64,000 nt of DNA from Tubulanus polymorphus (GCF_964204645.1 NC_134030.1:1533355-1597354); one strand, 5' to 3'; numbered from the stretch's first letter, positions 33,384 to 48,700 are shown. Program-made: numbers and translations. Notes: a model not told the origin generated them from the letters alone.

Positions 33384-36300
33384 AAGAGAACTATCAATAT
33401 ATCATTAGCTACAAGGAAATTTTTCAGAAACTTTTTCAGGTCATTCTTTCTTGTATTATTAGCATTTGATTCTCTATATATCGTCAGAACATGGACTCAG
33501 AGTGTTTCTTCAATGGTTAAGAATGTCTCTTTAACCAACATCCCCCTAGCCTGCTTCCTACATATCCCTTCCCTTTCCTCCTGATTACCTTTGATCCCCA
33601 CTGCCTAGCAGCTAACAGCTGCTGCTATTTTATCTGGTTTACATGTTTTGCAGATAGTGTCTGTTATGCTATAGTTGTTCTTTTAATCGTTTAACTTCTT
33701 CATCTGAAATTTCATTATTCTAATTTCAGTTTCACGCAGGAAATGGTTCATGAAAATCTGCATTGAGACTGGGACGAAATGTGCATTGAGACGGATGAAA
33801 TCTGCATGAACAGAGATATACTTTAAGATCCCCATTTTATCCATCGGAGTGAATGTACATCCACTACTCACAGGTAGCAAACCTACAAACGCTAAACACT
33901 CATCCCTGGGCCCTGATTCAAAAATAAAAATAAAAGATTAAATTAAGAATTAACATTTTTATGAATCAGTGATCAGTTTCATAAAATAATTCCTAAATTA
34001 ATTTTAGGGGTTTATTATTTCAGATTGAAATGAATTCTTCATGTTTATGCAATTCTCATTATCTTTCATTGCAGCATTTATATATTCAATTTTAATCATA
34101 CATGTGAAATATATAATGTATTTTCAGGGAAACGTAAACAAGAAAGGAAGGGAAGAAAGAGAAGGGAAGAAAGAGTTGGATGATTAATGCGCACTTATTC
34201 TCCATTCCGAATTCCTGTATTCGACTCTAGGTGATCATCATACGAACGAGATATAGAAAAAAACATTACTGAAGTCATCTCTATTTTTTAGTCTCAATTT
34301 GTATTTCTAATTCAATTTACTAAGTGTGTAAGTCATCATTTGGATAAGTCGTCACATTACTGAAGTCATCTCTATTTTTTAGTCTCAATTTGTATTTCTA
34401 ATTCAATTTACTAAGTGTGTAAGTCATCATTTGGATAAGTCGTCACATTACTGAAGTCATCTCTATTTTTTAGTCTCAATTTGTATTTCTAATTCAATTC
34501 ACTAAGTGTGTAAGTCATCATTTGGATAAGTCGTCACATTATTGAAGTCATCTCTATTTTGAAGTCTCAATTAGTATTCAGTTTACTTCAGATAACGTAA
34601 TTCGGTTTAATCACAAGTCGTCAACATTATAATCAATGTAACTACAGTGACTACATTATTGTCCTTTTATTGAGAAATTTATGTTAATTTTTGATTTCTG
34701 GGATAAATCAAAATTCAAATGTTATCATTTTTTGTATCAAAAATTGTAAAAAATTGAATAATTTGTGTGCTATTGAAACATTCAGTTATGGGGAGTTTTA
34801 AGCTCAGAAAACTTTGAGCCTGTTTATACAAGTGTTGTAACAAGTGTTGAACAATTCAAAGATCATGTTTTTTATACTTTGTCATGTTAGAAAAAATGTT
34901 TTCTAGTATATTGATGTTTCTAAAAAAACATATGATTCAACTTTAAAAGGCCAAGCCTTCTAATAAAATTAGTTTGTCATATATATATATATATTACTTG
35001 GTTATTGTCAAGTTTTTTAAAAAATATTTTGGTTTTCTCAGCTTTCTCTGGTGGAAATTTCTTCGTGGAATTCCTCTTCTATACAAGTTCCTCCTCAGAC
35101 TGTTTTTATGCGAGAGTTTATAACAACCGGATCCTCAGAAAATGGTCGGAGTGCCAAGTCTTCGATTTAAGATCACCAGTCTTATCTGAGACCATAAGTT
35201 CACTAGCAAGTTTCACTAGCGATTCCAACAGCTATAGGATGGAACAGTATTATTATATAGGTCACCACTGTGCAATTGAGCCCAGATCATCAGAAAAAGA
35301 TAAAAGTGAAGATATGTGATGGGATTCATTGAAAATTTTGCATATTTAATTAATTCATTGAACTACTTGATTTGTATGATTTATTTTTTGGGAATTTTCG
35401 AATTTGTCATCAATAACTAGTATATATTTCTTTTCAAGTTGTGAGCGATCTAGTTCTCTGTCGACCCATTGAAAATGAATCGACTCTGAACTGTAGAACT
35501 GGACCCAGGGAGCTGAATCTCGCGTGCCACAGCAAGATACAGAGCTCTTCAATGTCTTAACCGTCAGGTGCTGCCCCTAAACAAATCAATAGCGGTAAAT
35601 CTGTGAACTAACTTATAGCTCGCTTGCCAGAGTAGAATGATAGCGAGCTGTCTAAAATCTTGAACCGTCTAGTGCTGCCCCTTAATCGATATGTATCGGA
35701 AAAGTGAATTTATTACTCGCATGCCACAGTAGTTGAGTAGTTGGAACATCTTGATAGACTCGTTTTTCTGTGCAGCTATAACGGGAACTATTTCAGATCT
35801 GATAATGAATATAAACTCAGTCACAGTTCGATAACAAACGCCGCTGGGTGAAATTGATGTAAACAAATAATCGTGTTGAAATTGAATTTAGTTTAAGATA
35901 TATTTTCGTGGTAGTTTTTATTTTCAAGCTGTTTACGTTCACTTCAAATGATGAAACGATGAAACCCATATTAAATACATCCCTGTTTTAGTGGGGATTT
36001 TGAGTTTTGGTCCTTTCCGTATCTTCTAGAAACATCAAGTAGAAAGGCATTAACTGAACCCTATGTCTTTAACTTCAGGAGTCTATATGGAGTTTTCGGA
36101 TGCCTCTTTTCCTCACTTCTTGCATTCGTCACTATTAGAAATCCGGACAAACTGAATTCAGTTCGACGAGGCCGAAGAACAGAAGACCAAAGAGTGATCT
36201 GCACTAGCCGCAGGGTTCGTGTTGGCTTGGATCGGTGGGAGGCAATCAAACCCCGACACGTGAAGATGTATCCTCAAAAATGGATACCGGAACGCTTCTC

Positions 36301-37035
36301 TGGTTTACGATGATTAGTCTGCAGGGATAACTCTTTGGCGGGGCGTGATCGCGTGAATAGCCCAAACTAAACCTTCAGAGTTCACTGTACTACAGCATAC
36401 AACATCTGATAACTTGCATAATAAAGCGCGGCGTGCATGAAAAGAATTGTATAAATGCGGGCAAGATTCCGTGCCCTGGCAATCGAACGCCGGAGTGGAG
36501 GTATTCCATACACTGGTAGGTGAGTCGGAGTAGACTGGTTGCTTGTCCCATAGAGACCGGTAACCAGTCTAGCCACCTCACGATCAGTCTACATTGAAAA
36601 ACCATTACTGAAATATGGTTGACGGAAATATTCATTTTATATCAGATTCTAAAATATTTTCTCGTATTGAATACAAAATTTTTTCTTATCTTAATAAGAT
36701 AAATCTGCCAAAGCTCAACAATTTAAATTAGTGAAAACCGATGTGCGAAGTCGTCAATTCAGTAGCCCGATAGAGCCCGGTAACCAGTCTAACTGTCAAT
36801 GTTCATTGCGCGGGAATGAACGGGCAACTAGTCTACGATGAAAAATCATTTCTGAAAAATTATGAACGGAGATATTCATTTTACTTTGAATTTTGAATTA
36901 TCTTATAAAACTGACAGCCATATTAACCAAAGTATTAATAGTAAATCTGATAAAATCTAATACCGGTTTTAGAATAGGTGAAAACTGATTTATGTGATGC
37001 CGTCGGTTCAGAAGACTGATCCGTAGAATCGTTCG

Positions 37036-37205
37036 CCACTTTCTTCCGGTCCACTTACTTCCGCGTTTGTGATTTGCATACAAGTAGTTTGAATGTTAAA
37101 TGTATTAAGCCGCGTGTTGATTGGTTGAGGTCAGTGCGGTTTACTGAACGATGACCAGCTGTCAGCTGATCGAATCATTCGTTTCACAGACATTACGACG
37201 TAAGT
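37036..37205 (+). promoter_or_regulatory. Putative promoter and non-coding first exon (copy B)
   Basis: Same sequence as 2980-3149; donor at 37199/37200. Confidence 0.5.
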
Positions 37206-39741
37206 ATATTTTACATCTTTGATCAAAAATTGTAGTGTAAAAAAACTCAAAACTAAGGCCTCTATAAATGATCGATTGACTTTAAATGATTACTTTAGCA
37301 CAGCTCTTGTAGACAATGATTAGGTGTCATAGTAGTTTAGCTCGAAAGTGCACATATAAGGTTAATTTTCATCCCTTATTTAGAGACCGAGGTATTGAGC
37401 GTCCATTTCAGCCCTTAAAATATCATCAACCTACCTCAAACCGACTGTTTTTAAATCCAGCAATAGTTAACTATTGACTCATCATGGATTCGATTCAAAA
37501 ACAATTTTAGTGATCATAGTGATTCGAAACGTTTGAATTTTTGAAAAACACGAATGCTAAACGACGGATCCGGACTTCGATTGCGGCCCAATGGCAGAGT
37601 TGATTTTCTTATTTGGAATTTGAAGATATAAATCACTGAAATCAATTGGTTTTCTGAACCAAAATTAAAATTAAGAAGAATTTAGGATGGAGATGTTTGA
37701 TTTTCATTTTGTCTAAAATGCCGACTTAAAAATTAATTCAATTGAATCAAATTAATGAATTCATCATTTCACGATATTAGGCCTATAGATAATCAAAGTG
37801 TGAATATGAAATCACCTTTTCAATCGCTGTTTTTGGGTAAGATCGCAGTTTTTAGGTAAGATCGCAGTTTTTAGGTTAGATCGCTGTTTTGAGGTTAGAT
37901 CACCGTTTTTGGTTAGATTGCGGTTTTGTGTTAGATCACTTTTTTGTGTTAGATCGCTGTTTTGTTTTAGATCGCTGTTTTGGGTTAGATCACAGTTTTT
38001 GTGTTAGATCGCTGTTTTTAGGTTAGATCGCAGTTTTTAGGTTACATTGCAGTATTTGGGTTAGACCACAGTTTTTTGTTAGATCGCAGTTTTTAAGTTA
38101 GATCGCTGTTTTGGGTTAGATCACAGTTTTTGTGTTAGATCGCTGTTTTAGGTTAGATCGCAGTTTTTGTGTTAGATTGCATTTTTGTGTTAGATCACTG
38201 GTTTTTTGTTAGATCGCAGTTTTTAGGTTAGATGGCAGTTTTTAAGTTAGATGGCTGTTTTGTATTAGATCGCTGTTTTTAGGTTAGATTGCTGTTTTTA
38301 GGTTAGATCGCTGTTTTGTGTTAGATCGCTGTTTTTAGGTTAGATCACAGTTTTTGTGTTAGATCACAGCTTTTAGGTTAGATTGCTGTTTTTAGGTTAG
38401 ATGGCTGTTTTTAGGTTAGATCCCTTTTTTTCTTAGATCGCAGTATTTAGGTTAGATCGCTTTTTTTGGATTAGATCGCAGTTTTTGGGTTAGATCGCAG
38501 TTATTGTGTTAGATCGCTGTTTTTGGGTTAGATCGCTGTTTTTGGGTTAGACGGCAGTGTTTAGGTTAGATTGCAGTTTTTAGGTAAGAACAATGTTTTT
38601 CTGTTAGATCGCAGTTTTTTTGTTAGATCGCAGTTTTTAGGTTAGATCGCAATTTTTTGTGTAAGATAGCAGTTTTTTGTTAGGTCGCTGTTTTTGGGTT
38701 AGAAAGCTGTTTTTGTGTTAGATTGGTGTTTTTAGGTTAGATCGCTATTTTTGTGTTAGATCGCTGTTTTTGGGTTAGATGGCTGTTTTTGGGTTAGATG
38801 GCTGTTTTTGGGTTAGATGGCTGTTTTTGGGTTAGATCGCTGTTTTTGGGTTAGATCGCTGTTTTTAGGTTAGATCGCTGTTTTTGGGTTAGATCGCTCT
38901 TTTTGGGTTAGATCGCTCTTTTTGGGTTAGATCACTGTTTTTGTGTTTTTGTCAATCATCATATCAAGATTTGCAATCCCAGTTGCCTTCAAGTTTCATA
39001 TAGAGAATTAGTGGATGTGGTGTCCCTGGACCCCTACATGCACCATATAGAGAATTAGTGGATGTGGTGTCCCTGGACCCCTACATGCACCATATAGAGA
39101 ATTAGTGGATGTGGTGTCCCTGGACCCCTACATGCACCATATAGAGAATTAGTGGATGTGGTGTCCCTGGACCCCTACATGCACCATATAGAGAATTAGT
39201 GGATGTGGTGTCCCTGGACCCCTACATGCACCATATAGAGAATTAGTGGATGTGGTGTCCCTGGACCCCTACATGCACCATATAGAGAATTAGTGGATGT
39301 GGTGTCCCTGGACCCCTACATGCACCGTATAGAGAATTAGTGGATGTGGTGTCCCTGGACCCCTACATGTACCATATAGAGAATTAGTGGATGTGGTGTC
39401 CCTGGACCCCTACATGCACCATATAGAGAATTAGTGGATGTGGTGTCCCTGGACCCCTACATGCACCATATAGAGAATTAGTGGATGTGGTGTCCCTGGA
39501 CCCCTACATGCACCATATAGAGAATTAGTGGATGTGGTGTCCCTGGACCCTTACATGCACCATATAAAGAATTAGTGGATGTGGTGTCCCTGGACCCCTA
39601 CATGCACCATATAGAGAATTAGTGGATGTGGTGTCCCTGGACCCCTACATGCACCATATAAAGAATTAGTTCACTGAACCAGAATAAGACTGACTGATAT
39701 ATTTTCAAATGATTTAATATTTTTACTTGTTTTTCTAGAAG

Positions 39742-42700
39742 ATGCCAAAAGCAACAAAAAAAACACGGGGCGCGGGCCCCTCACATTCAAGCCCGTATAA
39801 TAAAGTAAGTACAAATTTACTGCTTCCATGCTTATTTATTCATCCCATACTTAGTATTTTGTACCCCTGGGTCCAGTTTCACAAAAAGGATTAACGCCTA
39901 AATCGATTTAAGATAAACTGAATTAATGAAGAAATTAAATCGATTTAAGAGTTAAACCTGTTTGTGAAACTAGGCCCTGAATTGCATCTAGAATGAAAAA
40001 AAAAGAAAAAAAAATATTGAAAATAACGTTGGTGAAATATTTCTGGATCTCTCTGGATTTCTGCTCAATGCATCGTTTAGTAAAATATCGATATTCTCTA
40101 AAAGTAAAGATATAAGAATAAAAATATTGTATTGAATCGTGATTAGTTACTGTATGCGCTGCTAGTTGTTGCCCAACCCATAGCCTCATTTCTCTCCATT
40201 CTAAATTTGCATTGTTTAACATTGTCTGGTCGCTATGGAAACTATTTATTTAAGTTTGTGGTATCCATGGCAACAGTAACGTTTAGGTAGTGGCACCAAT
40301 TATGGGTCCCAACGTTCCCATGGCGATACATGAGAACATTTATCCTATTTTTGACCTACATGACGTAAGATGGTAGTGAGTCGATGACGTCATTTTCGTC
40401 TCACCACTAATGAAAAAAAAAATGAAATGAAAAAAAAGGAAAAAATCGTTAGAATTACGTTTATAAAATTTTTCTCGATCGGCTAAATGTATTGTTCCAT
40501 TAAATATCGACATTCTCTAAAATTATAGGCATCAATATCAAAATGATGATACAGCAGACTCCGCTTAACTCTGTTCTATTTGGACCATTAATTAACCGAA
40601 TACCAACTTTTTAAAATTTTAGGATTTTTACGTTAAGGATCAGAAAATGTGTATGCAATTTCAACCGGGTACCGAGTAGGGTGGCCGAGTCTACTGTAGT
40701 CTGCTGCCCCCTCGAATCCATTACCTTATTATCTCTCAATTTGCATTGTTTGACCTCGTCTGGTTGCTATGGAAACTATTTAGTTATATCAGGAACGGTT
40801 TTTTCGAGGTAACCAGTGGCAACATTTAACAGGCGTGTCCGTCCTAGAGATAAACTGTCTGATTTCACAGCCACATCCGTCCTGGAGATAAACTGTTAGA
40901 TAAACTCTGATTTCGCGTCTGTCCTATTTCTTGTCATTGTATGAATAAGTTTTCTCTTTTATAGGGTACAGCGCAGCAACAACAACAACAACAACAACAA
41001 CAGCAACAACAACAACAAAAATTTAATATTTCTATGTCCGGAATAGACGTAAGTTATCGTAAACGCCTGTTTGAAGTCATCATTCTTGAGCTTGAAACCG
41101 AAATTTATATATATAGAATATTAAACCCTGCTTCTGCTACTGACAGGTAATGTCCGTCATACATTACTGCATCGTCAAATCTATACCAGGGTGCACCCAG
41201 CCTGATCGTTCGCATCATCACATGCAAAGGGCTGATTATTTTGGAACCCAGTTTTTATCAGCTGGAACATTCTGCACTTTCGACCATATTGATTGATAGC
41301 CCGTTATAGACGAGTGGAGAAAAACTGAAAAAACCAGTTCGGACAAACTTCGATTGATTTCACTCACATTTACAGAAATTTGGTCCGACCCCAAAACCAT
41401 TTACTTACACTATACAAATCAGATCAGGTTTTTAACATTGTCTTTGATTGTATTTTCAGTTTTTACCAACAACGCCGCCGAGCGGTTCTTCTACACCGGT
41501 AAGTGATAACTATTTTCTAATAAATCACGCTTATTCCAATTTGTAATTTGAAAATAGAGGGTAGTAGCTGTTATGTATAAATTATGCTAATTAGGAATAA
41601 ATTCAAATTCGATTAAGTCTCATCATCGTAGAAGTCATATATTAATGATGCTATCTCTAAAGTTGTCATTTAAATTAAGTGTTATATTTACTACTTCATT
41701 TGCTTCATGACCCAAAAACCTCTACTATATAACTACTGGTTTTGTTCTAATCTTGGAGAATTTGCTGCAAAATTTACTTATCATTTGTTAAACAGTTTTT
41801 ATTGAAAACCTGAATCAGTGATACATGCATTCATGAATATCCATCTAATATTTTGTTTTATTTTATCTTTACAGGATTTATCACCGATACAGCACGTGGA
41901 CGTAAGAGATTAAACATTGATCTTGAATTTTAAGTTCAAACTAATTTATTTTTTATCTCACTCGGGACTATAGTTATTGCGTTCACTTTGCGTCCAGTTG
42001 TCTCGGGTAGTTTTTGATTTATCGTGTTGATAATTGGTTTATATACTCAAACTCAAAATATCGGCGCAATTGGAATTAAGATGGCGCACTTGTATGTCCA
42101 TTTTTTTCCCCGGCAAAATTAGCACTTTAGCAGATTTTAAGGATCAATTCTGTTGTTATATTACATTGAAATCAGAGTTTAATATATATCGGTATAGAGC
42201 AGGTTTTTGCTCTAGTTATAAATAAAGTTATAAATAATCTCATGACATGTTCTGTATATGTGTAGTGAGTTTCAATGTCTTTGGTTCCTTTTAAACCAGG
42301 GGGAGTTAAATTTGAAAATGTCAGATCGTCGAGCATTTCAGACCGCTTCCAAAGTGGGTCCCTGCACCCCTAGTTATACCGTTAATATTTTAATAATACA
42401 TTAATATTTTTATTTGATAGAATATATTGATATACCATACATTGATATCGGTCTTGTAATTGGATCAACAACCATGAGATCAAAACACAGCAAATATGAA
42501 CCTGCTGTGAATCAATAGATTTGTGATAAATGTAATGAAATTGTTATTTTTCATGTTGACTTTTTGAGTTAAGGGTCTGTTGTATAAGAGTATTTGGTCT
42601 CGCGTGTCAATGTATGATATCAATCTGTTGTATTTCCTCGTTCCAATGTTTAAAAGGTGTTCGTCACCTTATATTAATAAACTACTTTAACCGTTAGATG

Positions 42701-45700
42701 GCGCCATAAGTGTGGTATTTGATTTATGGGATACCCGCATAACCAGCTATTCCACCAGATGGCGCAACGAGTAGTAGGTTGTTCGTTGTCAAAATTAGTT
42801 CATTTTCGATGAACTTTGAACTGGTTTGAAGAAGAAATACTTTCATTCTTCTACTCTGATATCGATTTAGTTTTCATTAATAATTGATTCATTTAAGAGA
42901 ACAATTCATTCAGATTTAATTGAAATGTACAAGAAAATCGAACGCAGACGACCAACTATTTACTAGCGACACCTGGTGGATCCTCGCCTGCCATAAGTGG
43001 AATCCTCGATTGCTACAGTAAGACTGCGGGTATCCCATTGTTTGGCGTGTGAAGTAAAGTAAAGTTAGAAAACGGATGTTTAACTTTGTTGTGAAACGAA
43101 AGCGTTTTGGAGATTTTTAAACCAATCAAATCAATATTTTGATATTACGCTTGAAACCCTTCCCACTCATATTCTACTTACTAAGTATATATTCTTGTTT
43201 CCGTGGAAATCATGGTGAGTGGCGCCATCTATACAGTGGAGTTAGCTTTATAAATCGAGCATGCTTCGACAAGTGGCTCCATCTATTCCCTAATACTGAA
43301 GCGAGGTAACCAGCAGCGCCCTCATATACAGGAAATGAACGCCTATCAAGTTTAACAATGCACGGTGTATTGACCACAGCGACCGGTGATAATTATATCA
43401 ATGTTGATTAGCTATTGCCATAGACAGGTCCGTAGCGTTTGACTGGACCAGAACGGGGCCCCCTAACCAAAACAAATTTTGAAAACGTGCCCAGATAAAT
43501 TGCCTCTGGGAGATTGATTTAACGAGGTTTTGATTAAATGAACAAATTTTAATATTTGTAAGTTTAACATTTCTGTTTTTAATTTTTCTTTGCGAGGAAC
43601 TGAATTTTCGAACCCCCCCGAACCGCCTCAAGCTACGTTCCTGATATAGTGCTAGCTATACCTGAATACTTTTCTCTTATTGAAATTGTCTAAAAAACCA
43701 GCACCTTGAACTAATGAACGTCATAATGAAAATGTTTAAAAATTCAACCGTTAATGAATTTGACTAATGTATTTTTTTTATTTTCATTTCTAGCATCAGT
43801 TTGCCTCAGAGGCAAGGTCGCCGTCGCTTAATGTAAGTATCAGTGACGCCCTCAATCTCACATGCCTCACTTCCCTCCTAATGTAACCATTTTTATGAAA
43901 TTCCTCAAGAAAATATATACTAGTAATCTTAGAATACACGTTTTTGTACCCAGACCCCTTCATTCTACTGAACTACCGTGTAATAAGTGCCTGTTGTGTT
44001 CATTTTCTGTTGCATTGATTTATATATTATTTCTATTTACAGTTGTCAAACAACAGCAGCAGTAGCAGCAGCAGCGCACCCCTCCCGCCGGAGACGCCTC
44101 CCGACTTGCAAGCAAGAAGTAAGTTCAGTCTTCAAATACAATTTCAACGCATTCAATTTTTTGTATGGCGTTAAAACGGTTAAAGTTGTGACTAGTTTTC
44201 ATAACTCCGTGACGTCATATTTCCATCGAGTACCGGACCCTTTCCTATGTTTTTTGCCAATTTGGATTGAATGATCGCCAGCGGTTTTTCTATACGACCC
44301 GGCTCTGCTGTATTGCATTTAGCCATCCTTTTTCTTGGCGTTTTTTATAAGAAGGTGTTTGATTTTGTCTCTAAGGGATTTAGGAATTTAAGAGACACTT
44401 GTACTTTCTATGCAGTGAGTTTGTTCTGTTTTTGTTCCCTCGTGAATTTTATTTTTGTTTGAATCAAATCAAATCAGTGCATCTTTCTTGAATTGCGTGT
44501 ATGTTATAATATTATGTAAGTTATAACATTAAAATATCTGTTATATTTAAACCGAATATTTAATTGTTGTATTTTGAATGCGATAATGCCGCTCCCTGCT
44601 AAAGTCCAGCGTCGTCATCGTGAGGGATGCGGTCATCTGTTCGGGCCCTGATTACGTTCTGTGTTCATCCTGTTGGGCTACATCGGGCGTTATATGAGTT
44701 AATCCTTCCTCGACTTGCGGATTGTGGTCGGAAGATCTATGGGTTCGGGCCGATAAGTCCCGGAAACAGAAAGTACAGTTTCTGCCGATGTGCCCATTGA
44801 TGTCTCTATTTCAGAACATCACAGCGGTCGCCGGCTGTACAAGCACGGTCGGCTTCCCAACTCCTTTCTCTGAGGAGGATCGCTGGTTCTCTAGTAACGG
44901 TCAGTCACCAGTCAATCAACGGTTCAGCTGGTTCAGTTTCCCAGGTATCGGCGCGCGACAGTCGGGATACCTGCACAGGAACTCAGGTCCGGTCCGGGCT
45001 ACTCCGAGCACCGGTCCGGTCCAGGCCTCACTGGGTAATGAACATCTGGTCCGGTCCGGGCGGCTTCGAGCACCGGTCCGGTCCAGGCATCACCAGATAC
45101 TGAACATCCTGTCCAGTCAGCTCCATGCACCGGTCCGGTCCAGGCATCACCGGGTACTGAACATCTGGTCCGGTAGCTTCGAGAACTGGTCCGGTCCAGG
45201 CATCACCGGATACTGAACATCCTGTCCGGTCAGCTCCGTGCACCGGTCCGGTCCAGGCATCACCAGATACTGAACATCTGGTCCGGTCAGCTTTGAGAAC
45301 CGGTCCAGGCATCACTGGGTACTGAACATCTGGTCCGGTAGCTTCGAGAACTGGTCCGGTCCAGGCATCATTGGGTACTGAACATCTGGTCCGGTAGCTT
45401 CGAGAACTGGCCTGGTCCAGGCATCACCGGGTACTGAACATCTGGTCCGGTCAGCTCTGTGCACCGGTCCGGTCCAGGCATCACCAGTTACTGGTCCGGT
45501 CCGGGCAGCTTTGAGCACCAGTCCATTCCAGGCATCACTGAGTACTGAACATCCAGTCTGGTCCGGTCCAGGCAACACCGGGTACTGATCATCCAGTCCG
45601 GTCCGGTCCAGGCATCACTGGGTACTGAACATCTGCTCCGGTAGCTTCGAGAACTGGTCCGGTCCAGGCATCACCGGGTACTGAATATCTGGTCCGGTAG

Positions 45701-48700
45701 CTTCGAGAACTGGTCCGGTCCAGGCATCACCGGGTACTGAACATCTGGTCCGGTAGCTTCGAGAACTGGTCCAGTCCAGGCATCACCGAGTACTGAACAT
45801 CCAGTCTGGTCCGGTCCAGGCATCAGCGGGTACTGATCATCCAGTCCGGTCCGGTCCAGGCATCACTGGGACTGAACATCCAGTCTGGTCCGGTCCAGGC
45901 ATCACCGGGTACTGAACATCCAGTCTGGTCCGGTCCAGGCATCACCAGTTACTGAACATCCAGTCCGGTCCGGTCCAGGCATCACTGGGTACTGAACATC
46001 CAGTCCGGTCCGGTCCAGGCATCACCGGGTTCTGATCATCCAGTCCGGTCCGGTCCAGGCATCACCGGGTACTGAACATCCAGTCCGGTCCGGTCCAGGC
46101 ATCACTGGGTACTGAACATCCAGTCCGGTCCGGTCCAGGCATCACTGGGTACTGAACATCCAGTCTGGTCCGGTCCAGGCATCACCGGGTACTGAACATC
46201 CAGTCTGGTCCGGTCCAGGCATCACTGGGTACTGAACATCCGGTCCGGTCCGGTCCAGGCATCACCGGGTACTGAACATCCAGTCCGGTCCAGTCCAGGC
46301 ATCACCGGGTACTGAACAGGGTTCGTCGCGGTGCTTGAAAAGCTTGAAATGGCTTGAATTTGAAAAATACTACTCAAGCGCTTGAAAACAGCTTGAAAAT
46401 AGATCGAAAGCTTGAAATAATTATTTTTGACTTGAAATAAAAAGTTATGGCTTGAAATGCTTGATTATCACAAATTTTCTTCTTCGCGAATTTTTTCCGA
46501 TGAAATCGCAGACAGAATATGTTCTTGAGTTGTTTCTACGCGTGCGTCATGTTTTAGGCATCAATAAAGAAATTAATTGAATTGTATTGAATCGCTATGA
46601 GACTCTTGTGGTGAAACTCTACGGTGTCTGGAGACATGAACATACGGGGAAATTTCAGTCATGCATGTTATCGAGCATTGATGTAAAATGGCATTGAAAT
46701 CCCACACCAGGAGTGAGAGCCATGTTGAAGGCACCGCGACCTAGTCAAAGTCATTGAACATTACAAATTTCGTATTAGGCCATACAAAAATCAAGGTCTG
46801 TTTGCCGTCATCCGACCGACCCGACTTCAAAGGTACCCAGTGGAAACTTTTTTCTTGGATTCATTGAAATAAATTGTATTTTTGATACAAATGGCCGACC
46901 CACTGCCGATGTATGAGCTATGTATGTTTGAAGTTAAGTGTGCATCATGTGAAAACATGCCTCGACTATTTAGTTGAAGTTTTCCAGGAAACTGGCAGTG
47001 TTCCAATAAGCTGCCATTCATTCTAAAGCTGGTAATGTTATAGCGTGCATATATTCAATCTACTGTTTCATTTTGAACGCAGATTTCGGATGTTGTTTCC
47101 GCTAAAAGTGGTGATGATAAATTTGTTGTTTTTTTTGCCCCAAAATTTTGCAAAAAAAAAATGATGCTACCTTCCTACTGACTTATCCCAAAAATAGTAG
47201 GTGTAACGGCAAAACAGACAATTAATTTGGGATGGCCAAATATCCAAATCTTGATTGATATGAATATTTAAGCTAGGAAATGCTGAAAATCATTGTGATG
47301 AACAGGTTTCATCTCTAACAGAATCGTATCAACTCGGAGGTTCCACTGGAATCAAAATTTTACCTCTTTTTTAACATTTTTATACGAACCTGTTCAAAAT
47401 AGGCAAATTGGCTGCGACTAACGAAAATTGCTTCCAACGTGCCATAAAAAATAGCTTGAAAATGGTATAAATCTAGCTTGAAATGGCTTGAATTTCACCT
47501 GAGCTTGAGACAATGAACCCTGCTGAACATCTGGTCCGGTCAGCTTCCAGCACCGGTCCGGTCCAGGCATCACCGGTTACTGAACATCCGGTCCGGTCAG
47601 CTTCCAGCACCGGTCCGGTCCAGGCATCACCGGTTACTGGTCCGGTCCGGGCAGCTTTGAGCACCGGTCCGGTCCAGGCATCACTGAGTACTGAACATCC
47701 AGTCCGGTCCGGTCAGCTCCGAGCACCGGTCCAGGCATCACCAGGTACTGAACATCTGGTCTGGTCCGGGCGGCCTGGCATCAATGTTTCGAATTTAAAA
47801 CATAGTTATCATGGTTCTAGGTTTGGTAGAGGGCGCTCTTCTACCAGATGCAGGAGCGAGGTCACCTTCACGGAGATCGAGATCGAGGGATTATGATTGA
47901 TTCTGTAGGAACCATCATCATTCATCAGTTCAGGTCGAGGGACCGTTTAGGAAGTTCACGTCTTTCACGTCGAGGGACCGTTTAGGAGGTTCACGTCTTT
48001 GACGTCGAGGGACCGTTTAGGAAGTTCACGTCTTTCACGTCGAGGGACCATTTAGGAAGTTCACGTCTTTCACGTCGAGGGACCGTTAAGGAAGTCGTCA
48101 CAATAATCAGGATTTCCGCGATTTCGAAAGTCAGATTTTAAACTTGTTATTGTCATTGTAAGCTACCGCAGTTACAGGTAAGCCTATTCTTGATTGCCCG
48201 AGACAGGCGTGCAGATATTGTTCCCGACTTAAGTTTTTGGTTGATTTTCTTGTGACTTGTTTGTTTTAGGGGTGAGATGGATGAGCCTTATTGTTTTTTG
48301 ACATATATAGGTCATCCAAGATGGCCGCCACAGCCATTACAATGTGTAAAATAGCCATTTTGAAGCTTGTGACAACTCTACAATCTACAGTTTCAAACCA
48401 ATTTGCCAATTACTTATTCTGTGGTTTCATAATGGTAGGAGAATGAGCCTTATTGTTTTTGACATATATAGGTCATCCAAGATGGCCGCCACAGCCATTT
48501 CAATGTGTGAAATAGCCATTTTGAAGCTTGTGACAACTCTACAATCTACAGTTTCAGACCAATTTACCAATTACTTATTCTGTGGTTTCATAATGGTAAG
48601 AGGATGAGCCTTATTGTTTTTGACATATATAGGTCATCCAAGATGGCCGCCACAGCCATTTCAATGTGTGAAATAGCCATTTTGAAGCTTGTGACAACTC

